This document shows, piece by piece, positions 24,655-32,000 of a DNA stretch of 32,000 nt. Below the pieces are notes generated by a model. It did not search any database, was not told the origin of the DNA, and saw only the letters and a program-made list of their open reading frames with translations. The stretch is taken from assembly GCF_000025685.1 (NCBI RefSeq), contig NC_013967.1:2550001-2582000 (forward strand). Reading direction: 5' to 3'. Position numbers and translations under genes: made by a program. Numbering within the stretch: position 1 is the stretch's first letter; every line of letters starts with the position of its first letter. The stretch is from Haloferax volcanii DS2 (GTDB lineage: Archaea > Halobacteriota > Halobacteria > Halobacteriales > Haloferacaceae).

Positions 24655-24674
24655 TTTTTTGCGGGTAGCCCCGC
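24655..24674 (+). terminator. T6 tract plus small hairpin downstream of the ferredoxin gene
   Basis: ccccgaTTTTTTgcggg (T6 at 24655-24660) is followed by GCGGG-TAGC-CCCGC (24661-24674), 16 nt after the stop codon. Confidence 0.5.
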
Positions 24675-24721
24675 CGAGAACGACGCCGCTGAGCGGCGCA
24701 GACGTTCCAATCACCTAGCAC

Positions 24722-24740
24722 AAAAGATTATTATGAATAT
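24722..24740 (+). promoter_or_regulatory. AT-rich promoter/TATA region for the etfB-etfA-fixCX operon
   Basis: 'AAAAGATTATTATGAATAT' lies 25-45 nt upstream of the possible etfB starts (24761/24770/24776). Confidence 0.5.
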
Positions 24741-24760
24741 GAGCTAGCACTAACTGGAGA

Positions 24761-25651
24761 GTGTTCTCAATGCACATGGTGGTACTTACCAAAGGCGTGC
24801 CCGACTTCCGGGAGGGCCAGGTATCGTTCGACGAGGACGGGCATCTCGAACGGGGGAAGACGCCCACAGTGATGAATCCGAACGACCGCTTCGCGCTGGA
24901 GGCGGCGCTCCAGACGCGGGTTCGACACGGCGGGCGAGTGAGCGTGATGAGCATGGGGCCGCCGGGGTACAAGGAGGTGTTACAGGAGGCGATGGAGACG
25001 GTGTACGCCGACGACCTGCACCTCGTCTCGGACCGCGAGATGGCGGCCGCCGACACGTGGGCGACGGCCATCACGCTCAGCGGGGGCATCGAGACGCTCG
25101 GCGAACCGGACGTGGTGTTCGCCGGGTTCAAGACCGCGGACGGGGAGACGGGCCACACCGGGCCGCAGACGAACTGGTGTCTCGGCATGCCGCTCGTCAC
25201 GCACGTCGTCTCCCTCGACATCGACGAGGAGGCGGGGACCCTGCGCGCCAAGCGACTGGTCGAAGGCGATATCGAGGAGATAGAGACCGTCGAGACGGAG
25301 CTTCCGGCGTTCGTCGTCGCGGACCCCGAGTTCGAGCCGTCGTATCGGACGGCGGGCGAACGCCTGACGCTGAAGGACCTGCGCGAGGAGACTCGAGCGC
25401 GCGCCGAGAACTACGAGGAGCACCTGACGGTTCGGGACCACGCCGACATCAACGTCGACCCGGACTATATCGGCCTCGACGGCTCGCCGACCATCGTCTC
25501 GTCGGTCGACCCGATTCCGAAGGCCCCGGCGGAGCGGGAGGCCACGATGGTCGACCCCGACGACGCGGGAGCCATGCAGGACGTGCTGACCGCGATGCAG
25601 TCGGCGGTGGGCGACGGCGACGGGGACGCCGCGGCCGCGGGGGGTGACTGA
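24761..25651 (+). CDS. etfB: electron transfer flavoprotein beta subunit (EtfB/FixA)
   Basis: …MVVLTKGVPDF…NPNDRFALEAAL…FAGFKTADGETGHTGPQ… is typical of EtfB. The start is ambiguous (GTG 24761, ATG 24770 or ATG 24776). There is a short acidic/Gly C-terminal tail. Confidence 0.9.
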   Translation: MFSMHMVVLTKGVPDFREGQVSFDEDGHLERGKTPTVMNPNDRFALEAALQTRVRHGGRVSVMSMGPPGYKEVLQEAMETVYADDLHLVSDREMAAADTWATAITLSGGIETLGEPDVVFAGFKTADGETGHTGPQTNWCLGMPLVTHVVSLDIDEEAGTLRAKRLVEGDIEEIETVETELPAFVVADPEFEPSYRTAGERLTLKDLREETRARAENYEEHLTVRDHADINVDPDYIGLDGSPTIVSSVDPIPKAPAEREATMVDPDDAGAMQDVLTAMQSAVGDGDGDAAAAGGD

Positions 25652-25653
25652 GC

Positions 25654-27402
25654 GTGACCGACTTCGACCCCGGCGACTACGAGGTTTCGGAGCTCGGCCC
25701 GGCCATCAAGGACATCGACGACCTCGGCGAGTTAGAGGAGATTCTGCAGGCCGAACACCGCGGGCAGAATCGCGCGCCGGCCGTTGCGCTCATCGAGAGC
25801 CGCATCGAGAAGTTCTCCGAGGACGAGGAGCCGGCCGACGCCGACGGGTTGGACCTCGCGTCGATGAGCACCGCGGAGGTCGGAAATGCCCTCCAGAGCG
25901 TCGAGGAGGTCTCGGAGCTCGAATCGCTCCTCGAACGCGAGGAGGCGGGCGAGAACCGCGACCCGGTGAAGCGACTCATCAGAAACCGCATCGACTCCGT
26001 GAAGGGAAGCGACGAGGAGGACACGGAAGTCGAGGTGGACGACCGGACACCCGAGGAGCGCCACCCGGACCTCGATCACCCGACCCGCGACAAGCGTCAC
26101 GTCCGGTCGCTCCACGGGGGAACCTACCGCGACATGTGGGTCTACTGCGAGACGCAGGCGGGCGAACTCGTAGACGTGTCCAAGGAGATGCTCGGGAAGG
26201 CCCGCGAACTGATGGACACCTACAACGACGACTACACGACCGACGAGCGGGTCGTCGCGGTGCTCATCGGCGCCGACGTGTCGAAGCACGTCGAGGACGT
26301 CATCGCCTACGGCGCGGACGTGGTCGTCGTCCGCGAGGACGCCAGACTCGAACGCTTCCAGCACAAGCCGTACACCGAGATATTCTGCGACATGGCCCGC
26401 GCGGGAGCCACCCACCAGAACTTCGAGGTCACGGACGGCCGCGACGAACCGTGGCGCGACTACGACAAGCCGCGGTACGTGCTGTTCCCGGCGACGAACA
26501 ACGGCCGGGACCTCTCGGCGCTCGTGCAGGCCGAACTCGACTCCGGCCTCGCCAGCGACTGCTCGGGGCTCTACATCACCGAGGAGGTCATCTCGAACCC
26601 GGTCAAGACCGGCGTCGCCGGCGAGAAAAGGGAGTTCCAGCGCGTCCTGCACATGAAGCGCCCGGACTTCTCCGGCTTCGAGTACTCGACCATCCTCTGT
26701 ATCGACAACCCGGCGCGGGAGTTCCACCCGCAGGGCGCGTCGGTCATCCCGGGGAGCTTCGACCTGCCCGAACCCGACGCCGAGCGCGAGGGCCTCGTCG
26801 TCGAACACGACGCCCCGCTCGACGACGACTGGTTCCGCGTCACCGTCACCGCCTACGACCGACTGGACGAGGGTATCGACCTGACCGGCCACGAGGTCAT
26901 CGTCGCGGTCGGCCGCGGCATGGGTGACGACCCGACGAAGGGCATCGAACTCGCCTTGGACCTCGTCGACCAGTTCGAGGACGCCGAGGTGGGCGTCACC
27001 CGCGGCATCGTCACGGGGTCGTTCAACTTCGACGGCCACGTCGAGCAGTACACCCACGAGGACAGACAGATAGGCGAGACGGGGCAGGTCGTCGCGCCGA
27101 AACTCTACATCGCGGCGGGTATCTCCGGCGCGGTCCAGCACAAGGTCGGCATGGACGAGTCGGACACCATCGTCGCCGTCAACACCGACCCCGACGCCCG
27201 CATCCGCGACTTCTCGGACTACTTCATCGAGGGCGACCTGTTCGAGGTGATGCCGAGGCTGACGACGGCGCTCAAGGAGGGCCGGTTCGAGGCGGCGGTC
27301 GCCAGCGACGGGGGGCGCGCGGCATCGACGCCGCCGGCCGGAACCTCCGACGGTGGCGCTAGCGCTGGCGCGGCCGCGGACGACCGGGGTGAGTCGCGAT
27401 GA
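25654..27402 (+). CDS. etfA: electron transfer flavoprotein alpha subunit (EtfA/FixB) with ~155-aa acidic N-terminal extension
   Basis: The canonical EtfA core starts at about aa 160 (MWVYCETQAGELVDVSKEMLGKAREL…) and includes the FAD-binding 'PKLYIAAGISGAVQHKVGM'. GTG 25654 lies 2 nt after the etfB stop, and coding GC3 bias continues through the extension. Confidence 0.9.
   Translation: MTDFDPGDYEVSELGPAIKDIDDLGELEEILQAEHRGQNRAPAVALIESRIEKFSEDEEPADADGLDLASMSTAEVGNALQSVEEVSELESLLEREEAGENRDPVKRLIRNRIDSVKGSDEEDTEVEVDDRTPEERHPDLDHPTRDKRHVRSLHGGTYRDMWVYCETQAGELVDVSKEMLGKARELMDTYNDDYTTDERVVAVLIGADVSKHVEDVIAYGADVVVVREDARLERFQHKPYTEIFCDMARAGATHQNFEVTDGRDEPWRDYDKPRYVLFPATNNGRDLSALVQAELDSGLASDCSGLYITEEVISNPVKTGVAGEKREFQRVLHMKRPDFSGFEYSTILCIDNPAREFHPQGASVIPGSFDLPEPDAEREGLVVEHDAPLDDDWFRVTVTAYDRLDEGIDLTGHEVIVAVGRGMGDDPTKGIELALDLVDQFEDAEVGVTRGIVTGSFNFDGHVEQYTHEDRQIGETGQVVAPKLYIAAGISGAVQHKVGMDESDTIVAVNTDPDARIRDFSDYFIEGDLFEVMPRLTTALKEGRFEAAVASDGGRAASTPPAGTSDGGASAGAAADDRGESR
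25684..26019 (+). repeat. intragenic tandem duplication (protein level) in the EtfA N-terminal extension
   Basis: Residues 11-60 and 73-122 align without gaps at an offset of 62 aa. There are 17 identities between positions 13 and 59 (E13/E75, G15/G77, A17/A79, ELE 26-28/88-90, L31/L93, E34/E96, G37/G99, NR 39-40/101-102, P42/P104, LI 46-47/108-109, RI 50-51/112-113, E59/E121). Confidence 0.75.
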
Positions 27403-29063
27403 GCGACTACGAACACTACGAGGCGCTCGTCGTCGGGGCCGGACCGGGCGGCGCGGCGGCGGCCGCGACGTTCGCCAACTACGGCATCGAGACGCTCGTC
27501 CTCGAACGCGGCGTCGAGGCCGGGTCGAAGAACGTCTCGGGCGGGCTCATCTACGCCGAGGAGTCCGCGCCCTACACCATCGACGACCTCTTTCCGGGGT
27601 TCCGCGAGGCGGCCGCCGAGCGGCCCATCACGAAGTACCGCATCCACAACATCGCCGGCGACAAAGTGGAGTCGTTCGACCTCACGGACCTCCACGAACA
27701 CGACACCGAGTGGTCCGACTCGGTCCTCCGGCGGAAGATGGACTCGTGGCTCGAAGCCCGCGTCCACGAGCGGACCCGCGAGACCGGCGGCGGCCTCCTG
27801 ACGGGCGTCCACGTCAACGGCCTGCTCCGCGAGGAGGGCCGCATCGTCGGCGTCACGCTGGACGAACTCGACCCGATAACCGCCGACATCATCGTCGCGG
27901 CCGACGGGGTGAACTCCGAACTCGCCCGCGACGCGGGCCTGATGGACTGGGACGAGCCAGACGAGTGGTTCCAAGGCGTCAAGGCCGTCGTCGACATGCC
28001 GGAAGCCGCCATCGCCGACCGGTTCGACGTGGCCGAAGACGAGGGCGCGGCGCACCTGTTCTCGGGCGACCTGTTCGAGGGCGTCCGCGGCGGCGGCTTC
28101 CTCTACACGAACCGCGACACGCTGTCGCTCGGGACGGTGTTCCACCTCGACAGCCTCGTCGCGGAACGGGCCGAACCGCACGAGCTACTGGACGGGCTCT
28201 TGACCCATCCGTTGCTCGCGCAGTGGCTCGGTGACGACTACACCGAACTGGAGTACAGCGCGAAGCTCGTGCCCGACTCGAAGAAGGTCGCCTTACGCGA
28301 ACCGCACTTCGGCCGACTGCTCCTCGTCGGCGACGCCGCCGGCCAGATGCAGGCGCAGGGGCCCATCATCAAGGGCATGAACCACGCCGTCACCGCCGGG
28401 GCGCTCGCGGCCGAGTCGTACGCGCAGGCCAAGTCGCGCAACGAACCGGAGAAAGCGGGGATCCGTTACGCCCGCAAACTCCGGAGCGAGGGCGTGATGA
28501 AGAAGCTCCGGCCCCGCGGCTACGAACTGCTCCGCGGCGTCGCCGAGGACGACGGCGTGACCGACGTGGTCGACACCGTGCTCACCTCGGCGGTCGGACG
28601 CGCCGGCATTCGGGCGCTTTCGGGGCGGCTCGAACGCCTCTACAACGTCCCGACGCTGTCGGCTTTGATGCCGGACACGCGGACGCCCTACGTCACGCTC
28701 CCGGCGGTCATCGCCGAGGAGTTGGGGACGCGGGTCCGCGAGGCGAGTTCGGTGACGCCGCCGGACCTCGAAGCCCGCATCGGCGGGCTGACCTACGACA
28801 CCGACATCGGCAACCCGCACATCACGCTTCGCGACGAGTCCTACGAGGCGAGCGGGGCCGCGGTGGCGGCCTGTCCGGTCTCGGCGGTCGATTTCGGCGG
28901 CGGCTGTTACCGCGAGGAGGTCGTCCGCACCAACGGCTCCGAGGAGCGCGTCGTCAGCCTCGACACCCAACCCTGCGTCGAGTGCGGCACCTGCGCCGTC
29001 GTCGCCGACACCGACTGGAGCCACCCGCGCGGCGACAAGGGCGTCGAGTTCAAGTGGGGATGA
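27399..29063 (+). CDS. fixC: FixC-like FAD-dependent ETF-quinone-type oxidoreductase fused to a FixX-like ferredoxin domain
   Basis: The N-terminal dinucleotide motif is 'ALVVGAGPGGAAAA'. The ~430-aa FixC-like body (…DGVNSELAR…, LLLVGDAAGQ) is followed by about 90 aa with Cys motifs 'ACPVSAV…GGC…QPCVECGTCAVV', resembling FixX. The start overlaps the etfA stop (ATGA, 27399-27402). Confidence 0.87.
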   Translation: MSDYEHYEALVVGAGPGGAAAAATFANYGIETLVLERGVEAGSKNVSGGLIYAEESAPYTIDDLFPGFREAAAERPITKYRIHNIAGDKVESFDLTDLHEHDTEWSDSVLRRKMDSWLEARVHERTRETGGGLLTGVHVNGLLREEGRIVGVTLDELDPITADIIVAADGVNSELARDAGLMDWDEPDEWFQGVKAVVDMPEAAIADRFDVAEDEGAAHLFSGDLFEGVRGGGFLYTNRDTLSLGTVFHLDSLVAERAEPHELLDGLLTHPLLAQWLGDDYTELEYSAKLVPDSKKVALREPHFGRLLLVGDAAGQMQAQGPIIKGMNHAVTAGALAAESYAQAKSRNEPEKAGIRYARKLRSEGVMKKLRPRGYELLRGVAEDDGVTDVVDTVLTSAVGRAGIRALSGRLERLYNVPTLSALMPDTRTPYVTLPAVIAEELGTRVREASSVTPPDLEARIGGLTYDTDIGNPHITLRDESYEASGAAVAACPVSAVDFGGGCYREEVVRTNGSEERVVSLDTQPCVECGTCAVVADTDWSHPRGDKGVEFKWG

Positions 29064-29076
29064 CCGAGGTGAGCCC

Positions 29077-29517
29077 ATGAGTCGCGACGTGACCCAATCG
29101 GAGTCCCGCCCCGTCGCTGACGGCCGCGGGGCCGCGGAGCGCCACCCCGAAGACGTTCGGTTCGGGGAGCGCGCCAGAGTCCTCGCCGCCGAGGCCCGAG
29201 AGGCCCGGGAGTCGTTCGAGCCGCCGCCGTCGTCGGCCGCGGACCGGCGCGCGCTCGAATGTGCCCGCGACGGCGTCGGCCCGGCGGTGTCGCTCTACGT
29301 CAGCGCGCGGACGGGCGACCGGCAGGTCTCGTTTACCGGCGAGGAGTTCGAACTGCTCCACCGGGCGATGAACGACTGGCTGACCATGTACGCGCGATGC
29401 TACGGCGTCGACCTCGACGCGGACTTCACGGTCCGCGAGGCCGCCGAAGTCCTGCTCCGGACCCACGACGTTGTCGACACCGCCCAACTGCTGACCTGCG
29501 TCCCCGAGCGGCGCTGA
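29077..29517 (+). CDS. hypothetical protein, co-oriented 13 nt after fixCX
   Basis: This 146-aa ORF has coding-like GC3. I recognise no motif, and the C-terminal half (FTGEEFELLHRAMNDWLTMYARCYGVDLDADFTVREAAEVLL) looks helical. Confidence 0.55.
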   Translation: MSRDVTQSESRPVADGRGAAERHPEDVRFGERARVLAAEAREARESFEPPPSSAADRRALECARDGVGPAVSLYVSARTGDRQVSFTGEEFELLHRAMNDWLTMYARCYGVDLDADFTVREAAEVLLRTHDVVDTAQLLTCVPERR

Positions 29518-29585
29518 GGGGCCCCACAGCTCCCCCACCCTACCCGTTGGCGGGGCCGACTGTCGTCGGGTCCGGCACGAACAAC

Positions 29586-29595
29586 AATTATAAAT
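29586..29595 (+). promoter_or_regulatory. TATA box for the wHTH-GNAT gene
   Basis: 'AATTATAAAT' is centred about 25 nt upstream of ATG 29616. It is followed by the inverted repeat ATCAC-n4-GTGAT (29594-29607). Confidence 0.55.
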
Positions 29596-29615
29596 CACGA
29601 GTGTGATTGTGTACC

Positions 29616-30350
29616 ATGGAAGTAACCGACAGTCTCAACTTCGGACACAAAGACCGCAAAGACATCTACGAGTACATCGAGCGTCACGGGACCGTCCGCG
29701 AGGACGAGGTACGGCGGGCGCTCAACTTCGAGCCGGCGGCGCTGGGGGCGCACCTGACCGTCCTGCGACGCGACGGCTACATCCGAAAGGTGGGCAACCA
29801 CGTCGAGGTGGCCTACGCGCCCGGCGAGGCGGAGACGGTCGAACTCGGTGACCTCGACGTGACGATTCGGATGGCCCAGAACGTCGACTTAGAGAGCCTC
29901 GTCGACGCCATTCACGAGGTCGCTGACGAGGGCCGGTACATCGAGGCCGAGACGGTCGCGGACCTGCTGGACCACGAGGAAGTCGTCCTCCGACACAACG
30001 AGGTCAGTTCCCGGATGGTGTTCGTCGCCACGGTCGGCGACGAACTCGCCGGCTGGGTCCACCTCGACCTGCCCGAGGCGGAGAAACTGAGCCACACCGC
30101 CGTCCTGACCGTCGGTACGCGCCCGGAGTTCCGCGGCCACGGCATCGGGAGCAAACTCCTCGACCGCGGCGTCGACTGGGCGCGCGAGCGCGGCTTCGAG
30201 AAGCTCTACAACAGCGTCCCGGCGACCAACGAGGAGGCAATCGCGTTCCTCGAAGGCCACGGCTGGGAGACCGAAGCCGTCCGCGACGGCCACTACAAGA
30301 TAGACGGCGACTACGTCGACGAAGTGATGATGGCCGTCTCGCTCCGGTGA
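29616..30350 (+). CDS. winged-helix DNA-binding domain fused to a GNAT acetyltransferase
   Basis: The N-terminal ~65 aa (KDIYEYIERHGTVREDEVRRALNFEPAALGAHLTVLRRDGYIRKVG) resemble a MarR/ArsR-type wHTH. The C-terminal GNAT domain has the motif A segment 'LTVGTRPEFRGHGIGSKLL'. Confidence 0.8.
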   Translation: MEVTDSLNFGHKDRKDIYEYIERHGTVREDEVRRALNFEPAALGAHLTVLRRDGYIRKVGNHVEVAYAPGEAETVELGDLDVTIRMAQNVDLESLVDAIHEVADEGRYIEAETVADLLDHEEVVLRHNEVSSRMVFVATVGDELAGWVHLDLPEAEKLSHTAVLTVGTRPEFRGHGIGSKLLDRGVDWARERGFEKLYNSVPATNEEAIAFLEGHGWETEAVRDGHYKIDGDYVDEVMMAVSLR

Positions 30351-30463
30351 GCGCGGATTCGCTCCGTCTCCGACCCTGATTTTCTGCGCGTCGTCGCGCT
30401 CGCCAGCGACGCGTCGGCTTCGCGGGTCCCGCCCACGACCGGTCGCGCGACCACCCGACCGGC

Positions 30464-30655
30464 TTACGACCAGTCGTCTTCGGCCCCGTCGAGGGGTTCA
30501 GCGACGACGCCGTCCTGCTGAACGAGCGCTCTCGCGTGAGCCGTACAGACGTTCCTGTCGGCGTCCCACGGCACGTGGAGCCTGACCGCCGCGACGTTCT
30601 CGCAGTCGGGTTCGCTGCACTCGGCCATACGGAGAGCGTCGGCTCCGACGACCAT
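30464..30655 (-). CDS. small Cys/His-containing acidic protein (putative zinc-binding micro-protein)
   Basis: …MAECSEPDCENVAAVRLHVPWDADRNVCTAHARALVQQDG…DDWS contains C-x4-C and C-x2-H. The probable start is ATG 30628 (54 aa). It is co-directional with tmcA and 51 nt downstream of its stop. Confidence 0.45.
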   Translation of the reverse strand: MVVGADALRMAECSEPDCENVAAVRLHVPWDADRNVCTAHARALVQQDGVVAEPLDGAEDDWS

Positions 30656-30706
30656 CGGTGTGTCGGCGGGCGAGCGACTGAGACGCGGCCGCTCCCCGGG
30701 CGGGTC

Positions 30707-31999
30707 TCACCGGAATCGCTCGCGTTCCTCGCGGGCCGCGTCGGTGCCGTACTCGTCCACGAGCGGTTCGTAGGCGTCGCCGAGCGCGCGCATCGCGCCC
30801 GCGGTCGAGTGGAAGTCGAGTTCGTCCGCGACGGCGTCCCACGGATGCGTCTGGAGGACCTTGCGGACCACCAGTCGCTCCTCTCGGGGGGTGAGCGACG
30901 CGCGTTCGGGGTTCGTGAGGTGCGCGAGTCCGAGACGGCGGAACGCGCCGGGCGCGGTCGTGTAGAGCCCCGGGCCGTACGACGCGCCGACGACGACGCG
31001 CCACTCGTACTCGGAGAGGTCGGGCGAGAGGAAGCTATCGACGGCGGCGAGGGCGGCCCGCGCCACGTCGGCGTCGAGGTCCGAGAGGGCGTCTCCGAGC
31101 ACGTCGCCGACGCGGCCGAGGAACCAGTTCGCGTGGCGGTCGCGGAGGTCGCGGCCGGCGGACGACAGCGGGCGCGTCATGAGCGCCGAGTACTCGCCGC
31201 TGGTGTCGTTTCTGGTGGTCGAGAGGTGGACCGTGCCGTAGCCGTTGTCGCGCCAAAACGAGAGGAGCTCGGGGGTCGCGCCGAAGCCGACGCCGAGGTA
31301 GTCCGCGTCGTCCGCGAACTCGTCGCGTAGCTCCGTGAGGAGCCGGGAGCCGAGGCCGGACGACCGGACCGCGTGGTGGGTGGCGATGCGCATCACGCGG
31401 TAGCCGACGGGGACGCCCGCGCCCTCGTCGCGGAGTTGGCTCGTGAACACGTCGGGGAGCATGTTCCCGCGGATGCGGCCGCCGTCGTACATCTGCCGGC
31501 GGGTGTCGGGGTCGAGGCCGCCCTCGCGGGCGAGGAGCGCGACCGAGACGACCCGGCCCTCGTGGGTGAGCGCCCGGAGCGTCAGGTTCGGGGCGTCGAG
31601 GAGGCGGGCGAGGTCGTCCGGTTCGGTCCGGTAGTGCGCGAGGACGAGCAGGCCGAACGCCTCGCGGAGCAGGTGTTCGTCAGCCAGTAGGTCGTCGGGC
31701 GAAAGCGCCCGGTAGGAGACGGTCTCAGGCGTCGCGTCCGCGACGAGTTGGTCGACCGGCGGGCGGGCGTCGAGGAGGAGCGCGCGGAACGTCCACGACT
31801 CGACGGGGTCGCCGGCGGCGTAGCGAATCGGGTCGTCGAGGCGCGCGTCGGTCACCTCGCGGTCCGCGTCGTCGAGACGGTCGCGGAAGCGGACGGTGAA
31901 GCCGCGGCCCGCGCCCTCGTAGCCGCGGACGGTCGTACAGAAGGCGACCGCGGGCGCGGCGAGGAACGATTCGAGGAGCCCGACGGGGAGGGCCGCGGC
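30707..31999 (-). CDS. tmcA: tRNA(Met) cytidine acetyltransferase TmcA, C-terminal part (5' end outside the window)
   Basis: The frame is open to the window edge. It reads …TTVRGYEGAGRGFTVRF… (end of the helicase module), then the GNAT domain (VMRIATHHAVRSSGLGSRLL) and the tRNA-binding tail. The listed ORF 30707..31855 starts only at an internal GTG. Confidence 0.88.
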   Translation of the reverse strand, partial: AAALPVGLLESFLAAPAVAFCTTVRGYEGAGRGFTVRFRDRLDDADREVTDARLDDPIRYAAGDPVESWTFRALLLDARPPVDQLVADATPETVSYRALSPDDLLADEHLLREAFGLLVLAHYRTEPDDLARLLDAPNLTLRALTHEGRVVSVALLAREGGLDPDTRRQMYDGGRIRGNMLPDVFTSQLRDEGAGVPVGYRVMRIATHHAVRSSGLGSRLLTELRDEFADDADYLGVGFGATPELLSFWRDNGYGTVHLSTTRNDTSGEYSALMTRPLSSAGRDLRDRHANWFLGRVGDVLGDALSDLDADVARAALAAVDSFLSPDLSEYEWRVVVGASYGPGLYTTAPGAFRRLGLAHLTNPERASLTPREERLVVRKVLQTHPWDAVADELDFHSTAGAMRALGDAYEPLVDEYGTDAAREERERFR

Positions 32000-32000
32000 C

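Overview
The window is high-GC (roughly two-thirds G+C by eye) with strong GC3 bias, very acidic predicted proteins, TATA-like AT-rich boxes about 25-30 nt upstream of many start codons (leaderless-type promoters) and archaeal marker genes (Lsm, L37e, aMBF1, archease, RtcB, TmcA, a class III signal-peptide pilin). This indicates chromosomal core DNA of a halophilic archaeon (class Halobacteria). I count 36 protein-coding genes, 2 of them truncated at the window edges, and one tRNA-Leu(GAG). I see no CRISPR array, transposase, integrase, toxin-antitoxin or recognisable defence genes, so this is not an accessory island. The content is housekeeping: panB, purF, gltX, idsA, RNase J, the lsm-rpl37e pair, archease/RtcB, AlaX, an acyl-CoA dehydrogenase and a ferredoxin-EtfB-EtfA-FixCX electron-transfer cluster. 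The least explained items are: (1) the ETF cluster, whose EtfA carries a ~150-aa N-terminal extension with a tandem duplicated helical motif and which is followed by an unknown ORF; (2) a three-hairpin trailer between tRNA-Leu and an oligo-T tract; (3) a 15-bp hairpin and periodic CCGAC motifs in the DUF420/purF convergent spacer; (4) long non-coding spacers flanking lsm-rpl37e; (5) two apparent 1-nt frame disruptions. All functional calls rest on motif recognition by eye, since no database search was possible.
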